This document shows, in pieces, positions 10,133 through 19,325 of a stretch of 64,000 bases of DNA; position 1 is the stretch's first letter, and every line of letters begins with the position of its first letter. A model generated the notes under the pieces. That model saw only the letters and a list, made by a program, of their open reading frames with translations. It had not been told where the DNA came from and did no database searches. The stretch covers positions 8,136-72,135 of the IMG/VR virus record IMGVR_UViG_3300035544_000079; one strand, given 5' to 3'. The translations under genes were made by a program, and so were the position numbers. This stretch comes from a virus (taxonomy: Duplodnaviria > Caudoviricetes).

Positions 10133-10453
10133 GTAAGACTTAACAAAGAACTATCTAAAATTAAATAGCTAGGTACAAACTAAAACAATTTAATAAATGT
10201 TTAAACTTACCCCTAGATTTTTAGAAAGGTTATATGGTTTAAAATTTAAAACAAAATCTTTAATTATAAGAACTTTAATTTTTAACATTTTACCTTTTAA
10301 GCTTTAGGACTTTTAAGAAAAAGTATTTTCCTAAGCATGGAAATTAATTAAAAGGTTAAATATAATTATTTTACAACACTAATTTAACGAAAATGTTGTA
10401 TTAATTTTTATAGTTTTCATTTAATTATAAAATAGTCCTTTATTAAGTCTTAC
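10133..10453 (-). ncRNA. Candidate structured leader RNA, ~320 nt
   Basis: 10453-10432 pairs with 10154-10133 as a 22-bp helix whose only two non-WC pairs are G-U on the minus strand; internal hairpins; no ORF. Confidence 0.6.
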
Positions 10454-10585
10454 CTATTTTATAGAGTAAGACTCTGTCCAAACATGACTAAAAGTCAAGA
10501 TTTTGAAAGTTTTTATTGCACTTTCTAGTATTGATACCTACATTCTTCTAAATACTTACTTAAATCTATTCGTTTGTACAGAAGA

Positions 10586-10609
10586 ATTATAACAAATAAC
10601 TCCTTAAAG
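10586..10609 (-). promoter_or_regulatory. Promoter CTTTAAG-N11-TATAAT driving the leader RNA
   Basis: ttaagtaat-ctttaag-gagttatttgt-tataat. Confidence 0.65.
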
Positions 10610-10792
10610 ATTACTTAATTTATCAATATTTTTTAAAGAATTTTGAAATTTCTTTTCAATTTCTTGTTTCTCTTTTTCAAACTCTTTGTAAATCCTATGA
10701 ATTAACTGATTAACATGACCCACAGGAATCATTGCTCCATTTTCTTCTGTTAATAAATTAAACATTTCTATTTCAGCTTCTCTTTCAGTCAT
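10604..10792 (-). CDS. Hypothetical protein
   Basis: 62 aa, SD and own promoter. Confidence 0.55.
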   Translation of the reverse strand: MTEREAEIEMFNLLTEENGAMIPVGHVNQLIHRIYKEFEKEKQEIEKKFQNSLKNIDKLSNL

Positions 10793-10820
10793 TTAGTTAT
10801 CCTTATCTCTTATTTGTAGT

Positions 10821-10844
10821 ATTATAGCAAATATTTTCTTAAAG
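10821..10844 (-). promoter_or_regulatory. Promoter CTTTAAG-N11-TATAAT
   Basis: ttaagtaat-ctttaag-aaaatatttgc-tataat. Confidence 0.65.
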
Positions 10845-10856
10845 ATTACTTAATAT

Positions 10857-12347
10857 TTAACCTTTAATCAATCTTTTGCTAAATTTTACTTTATAACCTA
10901 ACTCTTGTTCGATTAACAAGCTCAACTCATCTAGGTTTACATCTTCCTTTGTAATAAAAGCGTCATAAAGAAGTAAATCATGTGAATAGTTCTTAGTAAT
11001 TAAATCAAGTATTTGACTTTCTATACCAAAATAGTAGTGCATAATCGCCTTATTTGTATTCCATTTACTCATATATTTAGCACTTTTATTTCCTCTTGAA
11101 TTATACAGAATATCTTTTCCATTTTTATCTTTCTTTAGAAACTTATTTTGAATAGATTTCTTTAGGTAAGAAAATAATTTCTTACACTCATCATAAATGT
11201 CATAAGCACTTGGGGTATTTTGTAAAATATATTGAATTTTATCTACACCATAATCATTAGCCCAAGAGTTAGTATGTACCCCATATATCCCTAAATTAGC
11301 TCCAAAGAATATTGCTAAATAAAATTCTTTAGCTTCTTTATAAGAAAAGCCTAAATCAACAATTTCTTGTCTACACTTTTCCTTATTATCAATATAGTAT
11401 TTTATCTTAGGAAAATCATGTGTTTTATGATACTTCTCACCTGTTTGATATAAAATAGTAGGAGCTGAATTTTCAATATCTATTTCATAATACCCTTCAA
11501 AAACTTGTTCCCTGATACTTTTTTCTAAGTTTTGTATGCCAATATACTTCTCTCCACCAAAATTAACTAATCTACCTCCATCTTTTCTTTCATAGTTTAA
11601 AAAATGATTTCCATTATTGTACTTGAAATCTAAATTAAATAGAATTATAAAATCAGTACTATACATTAAATCAGTTTCTCCATCTGTAACTCTTTTTATT
11701 AAGTTTTTTACATTCTCTTGATTATAAGTAAACTTATGTCGGTAGCTCATTCTTGGTCTATTAGACGGAGTTATTGCTGTACCTTGTGCTAACTCTTTAA
11801 TTTCATAAGAATATTTATTAATATTTTTACTTAATTCAGTTCTTGTCAAATTTTCTCCTTGCATTAAATCTTTCTTTGTACTGTACTTATTATTATTATT
11901 TGGATTTATATATCCAATTTTGGTTTTAAACTTCTCTCTTGTGTAATATCTTGTCCTAGAACTCATACCATAACTATATAACTCTATAATAAATTCATAC
12001 CGTAGTCTATAAGCAAAAGTCTTTTCAGTAAAACTATTACAAACTTTACTATCTTTAATTGATTCAAAGAAATAGTCAAAGCTTTTCATTTTATTAAACC
12101 TTTTAAGATTTCTAGTTACATTACTAAAATAATCATAATATATTGAAACATATCCTTTATATTCTTTATGTTTAGCAAAGTTACTATTTATAGACTTATT
12201 TATTAAATAAAGTAAGTCAAAAGTATGTCTAAAGTCATAGAATTTATCATAATGGTTATTAAGAAATTTATTTAAATCAAAGTTAGTGCTAATTAATAAA
12301 TCTTTTGATTTAACTTTACTATGTTTCTTCTCTTTATTTTCTTTTAT
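10857..12347 (-). CDS. Minimal PolA-superfamily (TV-Pol-like) polymerase, paralog 1, 496 aa from an ATA start
   Basis: GGRL...QNLEKSIRE; motif A YEIDIENSA; motif B KEAKEFYLAIFFGA; motif C LLLYDAF. Frame extends 86 codons above the track ATG to ATA 5 nt after TAAGGAGG. Confidence 0.65.
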   Translation of the reverse strand: MKENKEKKHSKVKSKDLLISTNFDLNKFLNNHYDKFYDFRHTFDLLYLINKSINSNFAKHKEYKGYVSIYYDYFSNVTRNLKRFNKMKSFDYFFESIKDSKVCNSFTEKTFAYRLRYEFIIELYSYGMSSRTRYYTREKFKTKIGYINPNNNNKYSTKKDLMQGENLTRTELSKNINKYSYEIKELAQGTAITPSNRPRMSYRHKFTYNQENVKNLIKRVTDGETDLMYSTDFIILFNLDFKYNNGNHFLNYERKDGGRLVNFGGEKYIGIQNLEKSIREQVFEGYYEIDIENSAPTILYQTGEKYHKTHDFPKIKYYIDNKEKCRQEIVDLGFSYKEAKEFYLAIFFGANLGIYGVHTNSWANDYGVDKIQYILQNTPSAYDIYDECKKLFSYLKKSIQNKFLKKDKNGKDILYNSRGNKSAKYMSKWNTNKAIMHYYFGIESQILDLITKNYSHDLLLYDAFITKEDVNLDELSLLIEQELGYKVKFSKRLIKG

Positions 12348-12375
12348 AATAACCTCCTTATTTAACTTAAAATGT

Positions 12376-12399
12376 ATTATATCTAGTATTTACTTAAAG
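12376..12399 (-). promoter_or_regulatory. Promoter CTTTAAG-N11-TATAAT for Pol-like paralog 1
   Basis: ctaagtaat-ctttaag-taaatactaga-tataat, just upstream of the SD at 12360. Confidence 0.65.
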
Positions 12400-12758
12400 A
12401 TTACTTAGGTATATAATTTCTTAGTATTAATATTAATATATTTAAAATAGGGTATAACTAGGTTTAGTATCTAGCTCTTGTTTCCTAGAGTTTTTCCAAA
12501 GAGAACCCTTAGCTGACACAAAAACTATACTAATTTTAAGTATTAAATACACTTGTAACTACCATTAATACGAGGTTAAGAGGCAAAAATTTAAATGACA
12601 TTATTTTAGACTTAACGAAAAGTAAGTGTTTTTATTGTACCTAAATAAAAGACTAGAAATATGTAAATTTTTAAATAAAACTTAACCTATCAACCAACAA
12701 AAATCTCAACAAAATATACCTAAACCTTTAAGAATATTACAAATTTCAAAATTTGTTG

Positions 12759-12798
12759 AAATAAAAAAGTGTAAAATCGCTAAAATGCCCCATATATA
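12759..12798 (+). repeat. 40-bp element, inverted copy at 45921-45960
   Basis: aaataaaaaagtgtaaaatcgctaaaatgccccatatata vs aaataaaaaagtgtaaaatcataaaaacgccccatatatt, 35/40 identical. Confidence 0.8.
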
Positions 12799-12944
12799 AG
12801 TAGAAAGGGTTAAGTTATTTAGCCTTATGTATCTTTATCTGTTTTGTTTCTTTCTCCTTTAAGTAATTTTTCATTTGATTCTCCTTTTAAAACTAAATAA
12901 AAATACAACTTATAACACCTCCTACGATAGGACAAAGGAATAAA

Positions 12945-13511
12945 ATGGCTAAAGATAAAACAAAGCAAAAATCAGCAGAAGATATTTTAATGGAATTACA
13001 TTCTAATACATCTATTCAATCTGAACAAGAAGAGACTTCAAAACAATTAACTCTTAAAGAGAAATCTAGCAAAGAGGACTTAAAAGACTTAGTAACAACA
13101 GAAGCTACTAAAGAAAAGAATTTAACTGAGACAGATTACTTAATACTTGAACAACATTGTTTAGGAGTTGATGAAAAAGTAATTTGTGATGAGTTTAATA
13201 TTACTAAGGGTTATTTAAGAAGTCTTTTTAGAAATAGTAACTCAAGTAAATTTGTTGAAAAGTGGAGTCAAAGTACCCAACAAAAAGTATTAACCCAAAG
13301 TACTGCTAATATTGCTACTGGAATGGATTTATTAACCAAAAAGATTAATAAACTTATTCTTGAAGGTAAAGAAGATTCAGCTATTAGAGAAATGTTTGGT
13401 AAACTTAGTTTAGTTGAAGTACACGAAAAACTTGCTAAACTAAATTCTGAACAAGAAGAAGATACACAAGCTCCTATACAAAATCTTTTCCTTAACTTAC
13501 AACAAAGGTAA
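12945..13511 (+). CDS. Putative terminase small subunit
   Basis: Directly before TerL; HTH-like segment (VDEKVICDEFNITKGYLRSL). Confidence 0.6.
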   Translation: MAKDKTKQKSAEDILMELHSNTSIQSEQEETSKQLTLKEKSSKEDLKDLVTTEATKEKNLTETDYLILEQHCLGVDEKVICDEFNITKGYLRSLFRNSNSSKFVEKWSQSTQQKVLTQSTANIATGMDLLTKKINKLILEGKEDSAIREMFGKLSLVEVHEKLAKLNSEQEEDTQAPIQNLFLNLQQR

Positions 13512-13514
13512 GAT

Positions 13515-14960
13515 ATGGAACAAAAGACTTTTGAAAGATTAGTTCCTAAGAATGTTTTAGAATACCAAGAAACTTGTGGATTAATTAACCCTATTCAAGT
13601 TGCTGAAATGTTAGGACATACTTTACATGAAGGGCAACAAGAATTAGCTAGTTACTTCTTAGCTGAGAATAGGCATAAGTGGGATATTTATGTAGCCCTT
13701 TGTTCAAGAAGATGGGGTAAATCATTTGTTGCTGACGATGTTGCTATTGCTGAGTTATTAACTCCTAATGCAAGAGTTGCTATTATCACAATGGGACTTA
13801 AAAGAGCAAAGGAACACTTCAAAACTATCTTGAATGGACTTAATTCAATACCTGCTTTAAAAGGTAAAGTTAAAGGGTTAAAACAAGAACAAACTATTGA
13901 GATTGAGATTAATGGGAAAATAAGTACCTTAATCATTTCTTCTGAAACAACGTATGAAGCAAGGGTTGTTGGTACAGAGCTAACTTTACTTATTTTAGAT
14001 GAATTTTTCCTTATCAATCCAATTATCCAACAAGAGCTTCTTGATGCTATTATTCCTACAATGGCTACTTATGGTACTTACCCAAATAGCTTAATTAAAT
14101 ATGGTAAAATTGCTATATTTAGTACACCAAGACTTGGAAAACTACAATCTCCAGCAGGTGTCTTATTTGCTAAAGCTGAAAACAAAGACCCTGAATTTGA
14201 TTCTTATGTTTATTCTAAATACGATGTTTATTCAAACCCACTTGTAACAAATGAGATTATTGAATCAGATAGAAAGAAAATGTCTGAAAGTAAATTCAAA
14301 AGAGAGTATTTACTTGAATTTGATAATGGTGGAACAAAAGTTTTAAGTAATTTCTATGAGCAAAAACACGTTATAAATGTTAGAAAACTAGAACATCTTA
14401 AAAATAGAGACGATTTATATTTAGTAATTGCTTACGATTATGGACAATCTGATGGTAATGCAGGTTTATTTGCACTTTATGACGAAAGAATTCATACTTA
14501 TTACTTTATTGAAGGTACTTATGCTAAGAATAGACTTACGAGAGATATGTATTCAGAAGGAATTAAGATTAGAGATAACTTAATGAAAGAGTTTAATATA
14601 TCCAAAGATAACATAGTTTATTTTGGAGACCCTAGCTCACCTGAACTTATCAAATTAGGTTTTATTGATTATGGTATGAGAATTATGAAAGCTAAAAATG
14701 ATAGAAAAGAAGGGTTTGATAAACTAAATGAACATCTAGAGGGTACTCCAGAGATTCCTTCAACAATCTATATAGACCAAAAATTAACAGAAGTTATTAG
14801 ACAATGGGACTTTGCACAATTTAAAGAAATCAATGGAACAGTAACGGTTAATTATGATAGGGATATATTAGAAACACATTTTGAATTTGTTGATACAGCA
14901 AGATACATTGTATATACATTTGATAAATACATAAAGAAAACAAAAATATTAGTAGCTTAA
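13515..14960 (+). CDS. terL: Terminase large subunit
   Basis: Walker A region CSRRWGKS, Walker B LLILDEF, STP coupling motif, RNase H nuclease IAYDYG. Confidence 0.92.
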   Translation: MEQKTFERLVPKNVLEYQETCGLINPIQVAEMLGHTLHEGQQELASYFLAENRHKWDIYVALCSRRWGKSFVADDVAIAELLTPNARVAIITMGLKRAKEHFKTILNGLNSIPALKGKVKGLKQEQTIEIEINGKISTLIISSETTYEARVVGTELTLLILDEFFLINPIIQQELLDAIIPTMATYGTYPNSLIKYGKIAIFSTPRLGKLQSPAGVLFAKAENKDPEFDSYVYSKYDVYSNPLVTNEIIESDRKKMSESKFKREYLLEFDNGGTKVLSNFYEQKHVINVRKLEHLKNRDDLYLVIAYDYGQSDGNAGLFALYDERIHTYYFIEGTYAKNRLTRDMYSEGIKIRDNLMKEFNISKDNIVYFGDPSSPELIKLGFIDYGMRIMKAKNDRKEGFDKLNEHLEGTPEIPSTIYIDQKLTEVIRQWDFAQFKEINGTVTVNYDRDILETHFEFVDTARYIVYTFDKYIKKTKILVA

Positions 14961-14983
14961 AGAGGCTACACAAAAGGAAATAT

Positions 14984-15346
14984 ATGAAAAGATTATTTGA
15001 TAAAATATATTTTTCCTCAGAGCTACTAAGCGATAAAGTTTTAGTAGGAGGAAATAATAAAAACTTACTAAAATTTTTAATTGCTGATACTATTTCAGCT
15101 ACAGAAATTGACCAAGTAGAATTAAAACTACAGGCTCCTTCAACTGAGCGTGGGGGGCTACCTACTTTAGTTTTAGATTGGGAAATACTTACTAAAGATA
15201 CAGATAATATAAACATTTTTGAAAAAGAAATTACTTTTACTGAAACTGAAAGTATAACAGACATTGAAGGGGTTATTAAAATTACTGATACAAAGGGCAA
15301 TATTTTTTATAATCAATACAAACCCTTTGAATTAAAGGTTTTATAA
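14984..15346 (+). CDS. Hypothetical virion-associated protein
   Basis: 120 aa between terL and portal, overlapping the portal start. Confidence 0.55.
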   Translation: MKRLFDKIYFSSELLSDKVLVGGNNKNLLKFLIADTISATEIDQVELKLQAPSTERGGLPTLVLDWEILTKDTDNINIFEKEITFTETESITDIEGVIKITDTKGNIFYNQYKPFELKVL

Positions 15347-16710
15347 TGATACTTAAGAAAGTTTTTCAATCAAAAGAAAATCCAAGTAAAGTAACTAAAA
15401 ACCCTTTAATTAAAGCAGAAGCTCTTGGATATAAAAATGGACAAAAAAGACCTGTTGGACAACAAATTTATAAACAATGGATTAATCAAATATCTGCTTT
15501 AAGAAATGTTCTAGGAACAACTTCTGAATTAGCAAGTGGTGCTAGTATTAAGTTTTATAAAGTAGATACAAAAGGTAAAAAGAAACTAATACTTAACCCT
15601 AAACAGTTTGATACAATGTTTATGAATGATATAGATGATGTTAGTTCATTTTTGTACAACTACTTTGGACAAATTAAAACTTATGATAATGTCTTTATTA
15701 TCCCTGAAGAAAGTAAATACCCTTACAGAAAAGGTAAAATAGATTTCTTTATTGCTGATAATACTAATTGGTATGCTAATCCAAACGAAACTGGAAAACA
15801 AACTATTGATTCATTTACTTATAGAAGTAATCAAGGAATTGAGACTCAGTATAAGTATGAAGATGTTATTTATATTAGAAAGCCATTAACTTCAAGTAAC
15901 TTATTATATGGTGTTTCAAGACTACAATCTCTTAATGAAGAAGTTAATAGAATACTTACAATGGGAGGTTATGTAGATAATTATATAGCAAGTGGTGCTA
16001 AAAAATCTATTATTATTGGTGCAGACAGTCCAATGTCTCCAAATGACCAAATGGATACTATCGAACAATTTAATTCTTTCTTAAAAGACCCTAATACAAA
16101 AGCTTTAATGATTGATACTGAAAAACTTAATATTAAAGAGGTTTCTGAAAGTTTAGCTTCTACTGATGTTATTAACTTTTTAGTTAAGCTTAATAAACAA
16201 GTTTTAGAATCATATAATTTACCGAAGTTTTTATTAGGAAATTATGCTGAAACAAGTAATGCTGAATTAGTAAGACTTTCAATGAGAATATTCTTTCAAA
16301 GTGTTTTATACCCTGAGTTTTTAAGATTAGGTAGACATTTAACTAGATATGCACAAAATATTTTAAATATTAAAAATATGGAAATTGTATTTGATTTTGA
16401 TGGTATTAATTTATTAGAAGACTCACTAGATGAAAGGTTAAAAGCAACTTCTGAAATGTTTAAATTAGGATTATTGAGTCCGAATGAGGCACGAGTTAAA
16501 CTAGGTGAAGATAGTATAGACTTAGAATCTATGGATAAACACTATAGTCCAAGCTACCTATATTCAGGATTACCAGTAAGTTATGAGAATTATGACCAAG
16601 ATATGGAAGCCAAATTAAATACTGAAAAACCAAGCAATAGTTCAAACCAAGATACACCAAAAGGTGATGGTAGAGAGTCACAATCAGAAGATTTAGGAGG
16701 GCGTGTTTAA
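15346..16710 (+). CDS. Portal protein (HK97-like)
   Basis: YGVSRL and LLSPNEARVKLG motifs; position. Confidence 0.85.
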   Translation: MILKKVFQSKENPSKVTKNPLIKAEALGYKNGQKRPVGQQIYKQWINQISALRNVLGTTSELASGASIKFYKVDTKGKKKLILNPKQFDTMFMNDIDDVSSFLYNYFGQIKTYDNVFIIPEESKYPYRKGKIDFFIADNTNWYANPNETGKQTIDSFTYRSNQGIETQYKYEDVIYIRKPLTSSNLLYGVSRLQSLNEEVNRILTMGGYVDNYIASGAKKSIIIGADSPMSPNDQMDTIEQFNSFLKDPNTKALMIDTEKLNIKEVSESLASTDVINFLVKLNKQVLESYNLPKFLLGNYAETSNAELVRLSMRIFFQSVLYPEFLRLGRHLTRYAQNILNIKNMEIVFDFDGINLLEDSLDERLKATSEMFKLGLLSPNEARVKLGEDSIDLESMDKHYSPSYLYSGLPVSYENYDQDMEAKLNTEKPSNSSNQDTPKGDGRESQSEDLGGRV

Positions 16711-17825
16711 TGTGTTCTCCTTTGAAAGTATGTAGAAAGTGAGGTATTGAGGCACACACTAAAGAACATCTTAATATTTTTGTTAAGAGGAAATATTCAT
16801 TAGATGGGTATGATAACTTATGTAAAAAATGTAAAAATAAATTGGATAAGAAATATAAGTCAAAAGAGTATATTGAAAAGAGACTTGAAGAAAAAGCTAA
16901 CCACCTAAGGAAATGTACTAGGTGTGGACTAGAAGCTAAAAGTATTGATGATTTACACATGTTTACTCCATCTAAGGGAAGCGAATATGGGAGACAGAAT
17001 AAATGTAAATCATGTACTAAAATACTTGATTTTGAAAGAAAGCAAGACCTAGAGATAGCATGGCTTAATAAACATACTTACTATAGAAAATGTAACGACT
17101 GTGGGTTAGAGGCAAATAATGAAAGAAGTTTAATATTATTCATAGAATGTAATCGTACCCCTTTTAATCATAGAAATTTATGTAAGGTATGTAATGCTAA
17201 AAGGAAAAATCATATATTACAAGAGGATATTAGACTTTATAAAAGAAAGTGTACCACCTGTGGATTAGAGGGAAAAACATTAGAGGATTTAGAAAATAAC
17301 TTTGTAATAAATAAAAACATGTTACATGGATACAGTAATTTTTGCTTATCTTGTAGAAGTAAAGAACGTATTAAGGCAATGAACGAAAATATAGAATTAA
17401 GAATACAAGATAGAAAAACGTCAAGAATAAGAAGTGTTAAAAAAAGAAGTCATCCAAAACAGTATTCTTACGACTCTGAATTAGAAGAGTTCCTAATTGA
17501 TACTATATATGAAACTTGTTTAGAAAGAGCCAATAAATTTGGGATTCATCTTCATGTTGACCATATATACCCACTTAATTCAAATCTAATGAGTGGATTA
17601 CACATATCCTCGAATTTACAAATTGTAACTGCTGAGTATAATTTAATGAAACAAAATAAGGTAGGTAAAGAGTTCCCAGAACAAGAAAATGTAACCTCTT
17701 TAAGTGACCATATAGGAAATAGAGATGCCCCTTACAAAGTATTTCAAGCCTTAGGATGTAATATGACTTGGGAAGATTTCTTAGTATATGAGAAAAAATA
17801 CTATAAGGATAGTTTATATGAGTAA
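16710..17825 (+). CDS. Multi-zinc-finger HNH endonuclease with in-frame TGA at codon 11
   Basis: ATG 16710 with AGGAGG SD; four CxxC..CxxC repeats, the first reading KVCRK*GIEA; C-terminal HVDHIYPL..GLH..NLQ..N. The track start (TTG 16842) lacks an SD. Confidence 0.75.
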
Positions 17826-17895
17826 AAATGAAGTTAAATTTAAAACCTATTCATCTTTTAAGAATTTCAAAGAAGATGAAGAAAAAGGAATATAA
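17818..17895 (+). CDS. 25-codon mini-ORF (MSKNEVKFKTYSSFKNFKEDEEKGI)
   Basis: TAAGGA SD; overlaps the HNH stop, and its TAA overlaps the protease ATG. Confidence 0.35.
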   Translation: MSKNEVKFKTYSSFKNFKEDEEKGI

Positions 17896-19286
17896 TGAAG
17901 ATTAATAAGAATATTAATATTAGTATATCTAGTAAGAACTTTAATATTTCAGAAAGTCAAGACGAGATTACTTTAGAAGGGTATGCTTCTAAAATGTTTG
18001 ATAATGGTAAAGAAGTAGTTGATTTAGATAGTGAATTTGTTGATACAAAACAATTTGAACTTATTGCTAAAAGACTACTTCTTAACCATAAACTTGAAGA
18101 TGTAGTTGGAGAAATTGAATTAGAACATAGACCTGACGGTATTTACTTAAAAGGTAAAGCCTATAAAGACACTATGGATTCAAAAGAATGGGCTAGATTA
18201 AGAAAAGGTCTTTATTCATTCTCAATAGGGTTTACTGTTGAAGATGGTGAATATAGAGAAATCAATGGACAAGAGACTTTAACATTTACTAAGGGAATCG
18301 TATATGAGGTGTCTCTCGTACCAATTGCCAGTAATCCAAAAGCTATTATTGATAATATGAAATCAATAAATATGGATAAAGGTTGTATTGGACTTCAATG
18401 TTCAGTTGACCAAATCAAATCTATGAATCCTAATATGCCTTGTGATTGTTTAGAGGATTTAAAGAAAGAAGCTGAAAAAACTAAAGGGAAAGAAATGGAT
18501 AAAGAAACTAAAGAAGCTTTAACTAAAAGTATCCAAGAAAATATTATCAAGGGATTAACTATTGAAGAAACTATGTCAGAAATTTGGAATGTAGATGATA
18601 ATTTATGGCAAATGTTTAGATATTTCATTCAAACTATAGAAGATAATATTTATGAATTTGAATGGTCGGATAGTTATGATAGAACTGAGATGGTTACAAA
18701 TATCAACTCAGCAATGGAATTATTTAAACAAACTCTTGAAGAAGAATCACTAAGAATTGGTGAAACTATAGGGAAAGAAATTAATCAAGAGGTTATTACA
18801 AAAGGGAAAGATATGAAAGATAAACAAAAAGAAACTAAATCTACTGAAACAGAAACACCTTCGGAAGAAGTAACTCAGGAAACTCCAAAAGAGGTTGAAA
18901 CAAAAGACTCTGAAACGGATTCGCAAGAAGAAGTTAGCTCAAAAGAGACTCAAGAACAACCTTCAGAAACGAGTGAAAAACCAACTGAGAAACCTAATGA
19001 AGAACCAAAAGAAGATTTAGCTAAAACTTCAGAAGAACAACCTTCTACACCTTCAGAAACTACTGAAGTTGAACCTAAAGCTGAACCAACTAAGGAAGAG
19101 CCTAAAGAAGTTCAAGAAACAAAAGTTGATGAGCCTAAAGTGGTTCAAGAAAAGCCTTCTATTTTTGAATTTGATTTAGTAAAAGCTGAACCAGAAGAGA
19201 TTGCAGAAGCATATGATAAGTTAGCTGATAGACTTGAAGAAATTGAAAGATATGTTGAAGCTGAACTTGCAAAAGATACAGAGTAA
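17895..19286 (+). CDS. Prohead protease fused to an acidic scaffold-like region
   Basis: LEGYAS, LLNH, FSIGF, YEVSLVPIASNP (HK97-type protease); long E/T/P/K low-complexity tail. Confidence 0.85.
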   Translation: MKINKNINISISSKNFNISESQDEITLEGYASKMFDNGKEVVDLDSEFVDTKQFELIAKRLLLNHKLEDVVGEIELEHRPDGIYLKGKAYKDTMDSKEWARLRKGLYSFSIGFTVEDGEYREINGQETLTFTKGIVYEVSLVPIASNPKAIIDNMKSINMDKGCIGLQCSVDQIKSMNPNMPCDCLEDLKKEAEKTKGKEMDKETKEALTKSIQENIIKGLTIEETMSEIWNVDDNLWQMFRYFIQTIEDNIYEFEWSDSYDRTEMVTNINSAMELFKQTLEEESLRIGETIGKEINQEVITKGKDMKDKQKETKSTETETPSEEVTQETPKEVETKDSETDSQEEVSSKETQEQPSETSEKPTEKPNEEPKEDLAKTSEEQPSTPSETTEVEPKAEPTKEEPKEVQETKVDEPKVVQEKPSIFEFDLVKAEPEEIAEAYDKLADRLEEIERYVEAELAKDTE

Positions 19287-19325
19287 TCTGTAAGACTAAA
19301 ATAAAAATAAACAAGGAATAAATTT

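Noticed and set aside
12426-12439. Perfect 14-bp palindrome TATTAATATTAATA
   Set aside because: A/T only; expected by chance at this composition.
16740-16742. Genome-wide TGA recoding
   Set aside because: TGA ends other genes cleanly (37699..38088, 39547..39903) and no other gene shows in-frame TGA.
18780-19200. E/T/P/K repeats in the protease gene
   Set aside because: Low-complexity scaffold linker, not a discrete DNA repeat.
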